Assembly: GCA_947313855.1 (NCBI GenBank)
Contig: CAMZNS010000017.1
Span: 12,555 to 76,554 of the forward strand
Reading direction: 5' to 3'
DNA from: an uncultured Deferribacteraceae bacterium
GTDB lineage: Bacteria > Chrysiogenota > Deferribacteres > CAMZNJ01
DNA: 64,000 bases
The notes beneath the pieces are model-generated. The model ran no database searches. It had not been told where the DNA came from and saw nothing but the letters and a program-made list of their open reading frames with translations. Within the stretch, counting starts at the first letter, position 1; the number at the start of each line of letters is the position of its first letter. Positions 57,876-64,000 of the stretch are shown here, in pieces. A program made the position numbers and the translations under genes.

Positions 57876-58967
57876 CAAACGCAATCGTCGTACCAAGTTC
57901 ACACCACCACCAATGGCAAAAATAATGTGGGGCAGAATCAGTCCGGTAAACGGCGTTATCAGCTCTGTTTTCGTAATCACCATCAGGTTGTTCACAACAA
58001 GAAGGTACAGCATGCCGATAACAATCCCCTTGGCACCGCTAGACAGGATCGAATGACCACGAGGGTTGCCGATTATCATGGGGGACAGCAGGATTATTAT
58101 CCCCAAAATGCTAATGGCATAGCTTAGGTTGCGATAAAGGTAGTACTCCTTTTGTGTGTAGTCGATACCATTGAGCTTGTCGTAGCGGATACTGGCAAAC
58201 AGTTGCGACATGCTCATGGTGGGAATATCCACAATGGTGGACTCGATGAAGGCTACAGGAATAATATCGGTAGGGATACTCGAGCTCGCCGTGGCACTAA
58301 TATTTGGCGACTCAGTGCTACCACTGCTGTACAAGTTGTACTCAAACCCTGAAATCCCCTCCCCAACCTTAATATTGTCCACATGGTCGATTCGCACTAC
58401 CCGATCCATTCGCCCCGTGCTCTGATTGAATCCAACGAAGACGAAGTCTTCCACACTATGACCATCGCTACGCCCAACAATGGCAATACCCCCCGAATCG
58501 GTAACAATGAATAGGTTTGATGCCTCGTTACCCGTGAGCTCCCTGCCGTCGAAAACTGATGCGTAATAACTCTCCGCCCAGTGTCTGGATGCTGGCGACA
58601 GGAATTCCCCCATGGCGATGGTGAGCATGGATACCACAACGGCAAATATTGCTATGGGCAACAACAGGGAGCCCATGGAACCACCAACGGTGAGGTACGC
58701 TGTTATTTCCGAGTATTTCTGAAAGATAATCACAACAACGACGAAAACAACTAAAACAATTACAGGGATGAGGGATGCAACAGCAACGGGCATACGTATC
58801 AAGCGATACTGCATAACATTCAACACACTAGCACCACTGCCAGCCATGTCGATATGATTGATTACGTCCACCATGTAGGCGATGCCCAGAACCATAATCG
58901 TAACGTAAAGAAGGTACTTGAGGAACGACTTCAAAAAATATACCTGAAATTTATCCAGAACTCTCAT
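57870..58967 (-). CDS. lptG: LPS export ABC permease LptG
   Basis: YjgP/YjgQ pattern: YFLKSF, KYSEITAYLTVGGS, GEFLSP, PHIIFAIGG. Confidence 0.85.
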   Translation of the reverse strand: MRVLDKFQVYFLKSFLKYLLYVTIMVLGIAYMVDVINHIDMAGSGASVLNVMQYRLIRMPVAVASLIPVIVLVVFVVVVIIFQKYSEITAYLTVGGSMGSLLLPIAIFAVVVSMLTIAMGEFLSPASRHWAESYYASVFDGRELTGNEASNLFIVTDSGGIAIVGRSDGHSVEDFVFVGFNQSTGRMDRVVRIDHVDNIKVGEGISGFEYNLYSSGSTESPNISATASSSIPTDIIPVAFIESTIVDIPTMSMSQLFASIRYDKLNGIDYTQKEYYLYRNLSYAISILGIIILLSPMIIGNPRGHSILSSGAKGIVIGMLYLLVVNNLMVITKTELITPFTGLILPHIIFAIGGGVNLVRRLRLG

Positions 58968-59009
58968 CAAAAACTACTCCGAACAAAATTTGAACACAAC
59001 TTGAGCACA

Positions 59010-60191
59010 CTAACTCAGCATACCACGAACCTTCACAACTGAAAAAATACCTAACGTTATGTTTGCCAACCAAGGCAACACAAGGGGTGTAGCATACAGA
59101 ATCGCCCTACTTGCAATACCACTGTCCACATCCCCACTAGGGGCAAACAGGGGCAGGGTTTGAACCCACAAAGCAATCCCTGTGCCAACGGTTTGCAATC
59201 CGTAGTAAGCGAGTATCACCCCAGCAGCGTAAAGCATCAGACGCATCTTGCTGTTGCGAGAGTGGAACACGCCGTACACCACCCCCAAAATGGACATTAT
59301 CAGTACGGCGAAAATCGAGGCTGTTCTCTTGCTCAGCTCCAACTTCGCCTCAGCGGTATCACCTGTGTGCCATTGACGGATTAGATCCCTAGTGGAGCGA
59401 TACCCAACGGATTCGCCACCCAAAACTGTGTCGGGCTGAATAACTCTCTGCGTGTACACCATTTTGTCGAAGGAGACGTAAGACAAGGCGGGGGAGGAGT
59501 TAACACTACGCGACGACGTATCGCCAATATCATCGTACCACACGAGACCCCCCTCATCTAACATGAATACCAGAAGACCGCGGTCAAACTCGAAATCAGC
59601 CCGCTTGCTACTAATCACAAGGGGTTGCTGCTTCACACCGATGCGAACATTTTTGAAGGTGTTACCCTCATCAACTTCGTCAACGTAAAATTGGAGGCTA
59701 GGCAGGTGGTTGTAGGTTACTTTCGGTTGCACATCGCTGAATACATTGTTGTTGATGGAGTACTGTGCTACGGCAAAAATATCTTTACCTCCCAAGGGTG
59801 CCAAATAGAATGTTGAAAACGCCGTAATGGACATCATCGCACCGGTCAAGAATAGCACAGGACGAAATAGATCCCACCGACCCATGCCAAGGGACAGCAT
59901 GGACACAGTTTCGTTGTCGGCACTCATACGGCTGTACACAACAAGGGTGGCAATAAGACCGGATAACGGCAGGCTCAGACCGAGTATGGGGGGGATGGTA
60001 TCGAGTATGATGCGTATGGATAGCAGGGGGGGAACGTTGTACAAAAGCAACGTGGGGGCAACCTCAACAATGGTGGACGACTGAAGTATTACTACGATGA
60101 AGATATTCGCAACTATCACAACAGGGATGAGGTCTTTGAGAATATACGCATCAGTTTTAGTTATTTTTAGTCCCATAGTCATAGTAAACAA
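59010..60191 (-). CDS. lptF: LPS export ABC permease LptF (start may be 60176)
   Basis: DAYILKDL.P, YSRMSADNETVSMLSLG, KLELSKRTA, WLANI. Confidence 0.88.
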   Translation of the reverse strand: MFTMTMGLKITKTDAYILKDLIPVVIVANIFIVVILQSSTIVEVAPTLLLYNVPPLLSIRIILDTIPPILGLSLPLSGLIATLVVYSRMSADNETVSMLSLGMGRWDLFRPVLFLTGAMMSITAFSTFYLAPLGGKDIFAVAQYSINNNVFSDVQPKVTYNHLPSLQFYVDEVDEGNTFKNVRIGVKQQPLVISSKRADFEFDRGLLVFMLDEGGLVWYDDIGDTSSRSVNSSPALSYVSFDKMVYTQRVIQPDTVLGGESVGYRSTRDLIRQWHTGDTAEAKLELSKRTASIFAVLIMSILGVVYGVFHSRNSKMRLMLYAAGVILAYYGLQTVGTGIALWVQTLPLFAPSGDVDSGIASRAILYATPLVLPWLANITLGIFSVVKVRGMLS

Positions 60192-60235
60192 CCGCCGATT
60201 AATCCTATCGTATTATTTGTCAGTGATGACGGGGC

Positions 60236-61852
60236 TCAGTCCCCTTCCATGAAACTGCCCAATGCTAGGTACTGGTAGGTTGCGTACAGCAATAAGCTAC
60301 TATCAGACATGGTCAGAATATCACCTGTTGAGACCCTTGCAAGGGGGGGGGTATGCTGTGCATTCATTGTACCCCATATCGGTGTAGATTGGTAGTGGTT
60401 AAATACCTGCGGGGCAGACTCGGTAAGCAGTGAGGCAGCTTCGTCTGTTACCGCTAGCTTCAACTTTGTTCGCAAACATGGTGCAAAACCTTGCGTAGCC
60501 AACTTGCATGAGTACTGGTAAGGTCGGTTCGTGTTTACGATGAGAACCGACGCCTCCACACTTTCTGAGACTGTTGCTGTTGGTAGACAGATTATGCTCC
60601 CCACGTTGCTTTGGGCGGGAGCATCACCTGTGCCGTACTGTGGTGCAAGAAGCCATATGTTCTGGAGGAACGCCCCCTCGCCATCTTCAGGGGATCCCAA
60701 ACCATCCCAACAGGCACCACCAAGGGAAACAAGAGGGGCTTGGTGGAGCCCCATGATATGGTAGCTCTCCTTGGCATAGGTGGCTGCAACACCTTGCCAA
60801 TACGAATTAGCATTAACACCAGCATCAGCACCCACAACACCATAGGTGTACGCACCGTACATGGCGTCCAAACGTTGCAACACCAACGCCTTCAAATACG
60901 CATCCGAACCCGAACCACTACTGTAATCCTTTAGCATCTCACCGTAAAGGGACTCCTTCAAAGACTCCATACCACGCAAACCCCTAGTAGACAACGGCAA
61001 AATATCAACCGTACTCCCATCCACACCACCAATCAACTCGGAAGTCTCCACCAGCAACACAGCAATATCCATTGCCGAATACGTAATCAACAACGTGGGC
61101 ACACCCTCAATAATGTAACGCAACTGAACCCACTTAACATAATCACAGTAGGCACCAGCACTCGAAACACTAATACCATCGTAAGGGTAGCCGCTCGAAC
61201 CGTACCTGCACAAACCACTCAACTGACGAAAAACAACTTGCACATTACTGCGAATACTGTCCAAGCTTGTGATGGGGTATGTTGGTGTTCCCGTAAGGCT
61301 ACTGTTGTACAGGGCATAACTACTGCGTATGGTGGCAATGTCGAGACGGCGAACAACACTCTGCAACAGTGAAACATCGATACCGCTAGCATACGAATTG
61401 CGAAGTAGGTGTGTGTAATTGTACGGCAACATATTCGCCGAAGGGGTACGCAACTCATGCAAAGGGATGGGAAGACGCTCCAACGCCTCCACGTAGATAA
61501 CCTGCTCACACTGCCAACAGTAGGTGCGACCACTCCTCGCAAAGGTGCGATTCAGGGCTTTCGCCGACGCAAGGGCATTGCGAAGAATACTATTGTACTC
61601 TGCAGATATGGACGCCAATCCTTGAGAACCAAGAGCCGAAGCGGGGATAGTAACGGAGGCGTTGTACATGAGTTCCGCCGTTTCTTCATCAACAAAAACA
61701 GGGGTAGTGGTGGCGGTGACGGTAGTGTTGGCAAGCACCACCCCTGTTGCCACGACCATGCACACAGTACCAAGAAACACTCCACGAAACACACCACGAA
61801 ACACACCACGAACTGCATCTAACATCATAACAATTAACCTCAGAACTGCCAC
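60236..61852 (-). CDS. Hypothetical exported protein
   Basis: 538-aa ORF coupled between mnmA and lptF; hydrophobic leader containing (RGVF)3 from a 12-bp repeat; no recognisable family. Confidence 0.6.
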   Translation of the reverse strand: MAVLRLIVMMLDAVRGVFRGVFRGVFLGTVCMVVATGVVLANTTVTATTTPVFVDEETAELMYNASVTIPASALGSQGLASISAEYNSILRNALASAKALNRTFARSGRTYCWQCEQVIYVEALERLPIPLHELRTPSANMLPYNYTHLLRNSYASGIDVSLLQSVVRRLDIATIRSSYALYNSSLTGTPTYPITSLDSIRSNVQVVFRQLSGLCRYGSSGYPYDGISVSSAGAYCDYVKWVQLRYIIEGVPTLLITYSAMDIAVLLVETSELIGGVDGSTVDILPLSTRGLRGMESLKESLYGEMLKDYSSGSGSDAYLKALVLQRLDAMYGAYTYGVVGADAGVNANSYWQGVAATYAKESYHIMGLHQAPLVSLGGACWDGLGSPEDGEGAFLQNIWLLAPQYGTGDAPAQSNVGSIICLPTATVSESVEASVLIVNTNRPYQYSCKLATQGFAPCLRTKLKLAVTDEAASLLTESAPQVFNHYQSTPIWGTMNAQHTPPLARVSTGDILTMSDSSLLLYATYQYLALGSFMEGD

Positions 61853-61858
61853 ACCACC

Positions 61859-62917
61859 CTACAAAGCAGAGGAGATAAAACCACCACCCATAAGTCTGTT
61901 GTCTTTATAAATCGCAGCCACCTGACCCGGTGCTGGTGCAAACTGATGCTTCTCAAAAAGGATTGCCGCCCTGTTGTCTGGCAAAATCTCGATTTTGGCA
62001 CGCTGGAGCGTCATCTTATAACGCAACTTCACATCAACTTGACTATAATTCTCAATATTGCCAATAATGTTCATCTTTTCAAGCATCACACCCCAACGAC
62101 CCGTACGATATTTCTCGTCAAGGATGATATCACCCGACGGCAGAATATCAACCACAAACAACGGCTCAGCCAACCCACCAATATCCAATCCCTTACGCTG
62201 TCCGATGGTGTAGTACGCAACACCATCATGCTCCTTCAACCGCTCACCCTTGTAGATAAACCAACCTTTTTTGTCGCGAATACGCCCCTTCAGATAATCA
62301 CGATAATCACCACCCTCAAGGAAACAAGCATCTTGGCTTTCAGCCTTCTGAGCAACATGCAAACCAGCATCAACAGCAATCTGACGCACATCCTCCTTCT
62401 CACGACCAGACAAAGGGAACACAAGTAGCTGTACAAAAAGACTATTCACCAACGCCAAATAGTAACTCTGATCCTTAGGATTCAAAGGGTTACCCAAAAT
62501 ATGATCAACACCTTCAAACTCCACCTTGCCCGCATAATGACCCGTTGCCATACGAACACAACGGTGCTTCTTCATCTCAGAAAACAGGTAGTACGTTTTA
62601 GCATCATTGTTACACTTAGCACAAGGATTCGGCGTTTCACCCCGCTCATACGTCGCAACGTAGTAATCAATAATGCTCGCCTTAAAAAGCTCTGTGTAAT
62701 CAGCCAAATGCCACTCGATACCAAGCTTGGAAGCAACAGCTTTCGCATCGTCAAAACGTGAATCGGGCATGTCGTACAGCTTGAGCGACACTCCGATAAC
62801 CTCGTAACCCTGCTTCTGAAGCAGATACGCCGTTACTGACGAATCAACACCACCACTCATTCCCAAAAGAACCCTACTACCTGCAGGAAAATCCTGCACA
62901 ATGTACTCCTGTGCCAT
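61859..62917 (-). CDS. mnmA: tRNA-specific 2-thiouridylase
   Basis: GMSGGVDSS, NPCAKCN, ATGHYA, KDQSYYL, ESQDACF, YTIGQRKGL, PGQ; GGGGAG SD. Confidence 0.96.
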   Translation of the reverse strand: MAQEYIVQDFPAGSRVLLGMSGGVDSSVTAYLLQKQGYEVIGVSLKLYDMPDSRFDDAKAVASKLGIEWHLADYTELFKASIIDYYVATYERGETPNPCAKCNNDAKTYYLFSEMKKHRCVRMATGHYAGKVEFEGVDHILGNPLNPKDQSYYLALVNSLFVQLLVFPLSGREKEDVRQIAVDAGLHVAQKAESQDACFLEGGDYRDYLKGRIRDKKGWFIYKGERLKEHDGVAYYTIGQRKGLDIGGLAEPLFVVDILPSGDIILDEKYRTGRWGVMLEKMNIIGNIENYSQVDVKLRYKMTLQRAKIEILPDNRAAILFEKHQFAPAPGQVAAIYKDNRLMGGGFISSAL

Positions 62918-63084
62918 ACTACCGCTCCCCAAAATACCACAAAAATACAAAATGAAAACGTGGCAAACAATAACAAAGACTACAACAGCACTGTGGAAAA
63001 AACAACACCAAATACAACAAAACTGCTACCAAGCAACGAACACAATAGTGTACAATACATACAAAATAACAGGAGAAAAACAAA

Positions 63085-63723
63085 ATGCTACTAGGGATAG
63101 ACGAAGTCGGAAGAGGTGCTCTAGCTGGACCCGTCGCTGTATGCTGTATCGCTATACCAGCAAAACTAATACACGAACTAGAACCAAATATCACAACAAA
63201 TAAACAAACAAATAACAAATTCAAAGATAGCAAAATACTCTCTCACAAACAACGAACAGAACTACACAAATACCTAACCAACAACCCAAACATAATCTAC
63301 CACGTCGCCTACTACAACAACAAACAGATCGACAAACTCGGAATACAACAATCCATACACAATGCCGCTCAACAAGCTCTAATCAAAATACTCTCACAAA
63401 TTAACACCAATCAACCAAAAAATATCGCCGTAGACTACATCGCCAACATCGAAAACTCACTAAAACCACACACACACCCAAAAACAACCATCACTGTTAC
63501 CAAAAAAGGGGATACAAAATTCCTCGAAATTGCCGCAGCATCAATAATCGCAAAAGTCGAAAGAGACAACCTAATGACACAACTACACCAAAAATACCCA
63601 CAATACAAACTCAACAACAACAAAGGATACGGTACGCAAAAACATATCCAAGCAGTTCAACAACACGGACGCTCAAACATACACCGTAAATCATTCCACA
63701 TCAAAAATATGGCGGATAACTAA
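63085..63723 (+). CDS. rnhB: Ribonuclease HII
   Basis: GIDEVGRG.LAGP, DSK, KGD...IAAASIIAKV.RD, KGYGT..H, HRKSF. Confidence 0.95.
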   Translation: MLLGIDEVGRGALAGPVAVCCIAIPAKLIHELEPNITTNKQTNNKFKDSKILSHKQRTELHKYLTNNPNIIYHVAYYNNKQIDKLGIQQSIHNAAQQALIKILSQINTNQPKNIAVDYIANIENSLKPHTHPKTTITVTKKGDTKFLEIAAASIIAKVERDNLMTQLHQKYPQYKLNNNKGYGTQKHIQAVQQHGRSNIHRKSFHIKNMADN

Positions 63724-63726
63724 TAA

Positions 63727-64000
63727 ATGAAAATCAACAAAAACAACAAAGGCGTAATCTTCGAAAAACAAGCCGCCAAATACCTGAAAAAACAAGGATA
63801 CAAAATTATCAACACAAACTACCACTCAAAATTCGGCGAAGTGGATATCATCGCCCAAAAAGACGACTGCATCGTTTTCATCGAAGTCAAAGGACGAACA
63901 ACAAATAACAAAAACAACGTAAACTCAAACATGAAAACACAAATGGCAAACGTCAAAGGATACCAATTCGTTAACCAAAATAAAATTAATAAGTTGATAA
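63727..64000 (+). CDS. yraN: YraN (UPF0102) family protein, truncated by window end
   Basis: G..FEKQAAKYLKKQGYKII..NY..KFGEVDIIA..D.IVFIEVK; usual position after rnhB. Confidence 0.88.
   Translation, partial: MKINKNNKGVIFEKQAAKYLKKQGYKIINTNYHSKFGEVDIIAQKDDCIVFIEVKGRTTNNKNNVNSNMKTQMANVKGYQFVNQNKINKLI

Noticed and set aside
57508-57900. tRNA-anchored genomic island or att site
   Set aside because: No integrase and no duplicate of the tRNA 3' end in the window
57579-58127. ORFs such as 57579-58127, 4499-4990, 26703-27104, 44566-45035
   Set aside because: Frames kept open by stop-free repeats or strand bias; antisense or overlapping to better-supported features
1-64000. Alternative genetic code, prophage, IS elements, defence systems
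   Set aside because: TGA, TAG and TAA all end genes at expected positions; no transposase, phage or defence motifs recognised

Overview
Bacterial chromosomal window; I found no phage, IS, integrase or true CRISPR array. It holds about 45 CDS, one tRNA (Arg-CCT) and an unannotated SRP RNA (ffs). In order: kdsA; a LolA-like / 2x permease / ATPase / beta-barrel envelope operon; a sigma54-driven triheme cytochrome c; TPR protein, dut, trmI, surE, a large TPR protein; two MATE transporters; PFOR; an Mla-like operon whose ATPase is degenerate; an accessory ~14 kb block (udp, murP/murQ/murR, sdaC/sdaA, alsT) interleaved with two Ig-like surface lipoproteins; ppiD and ffs; the flagellar flgBC-fliEFGHIJ-motE cluster; yihY; potABCD; tRNA-Arg; lptGF; mnmA; rnhB; yraN (truncated). 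A host-associated Deferribacterota-like diderm is my inference from gene content and recalled protein families, and is not verified. The most striking signals are architectural. (1) Extreme A/C versus G/T strand bias flips polarity in kb-sized patches, even inside single ORFs. (2) Short tandem duplications are pervasive: in-frame when inside genes (giving low-complexity tags on KdsA, Dut, FliI and a permease), often out-of-frame between genes, and apparently stretching one perfect promoter spacer from 17 to 21 bp. All composition statements were made by eye, not computed.
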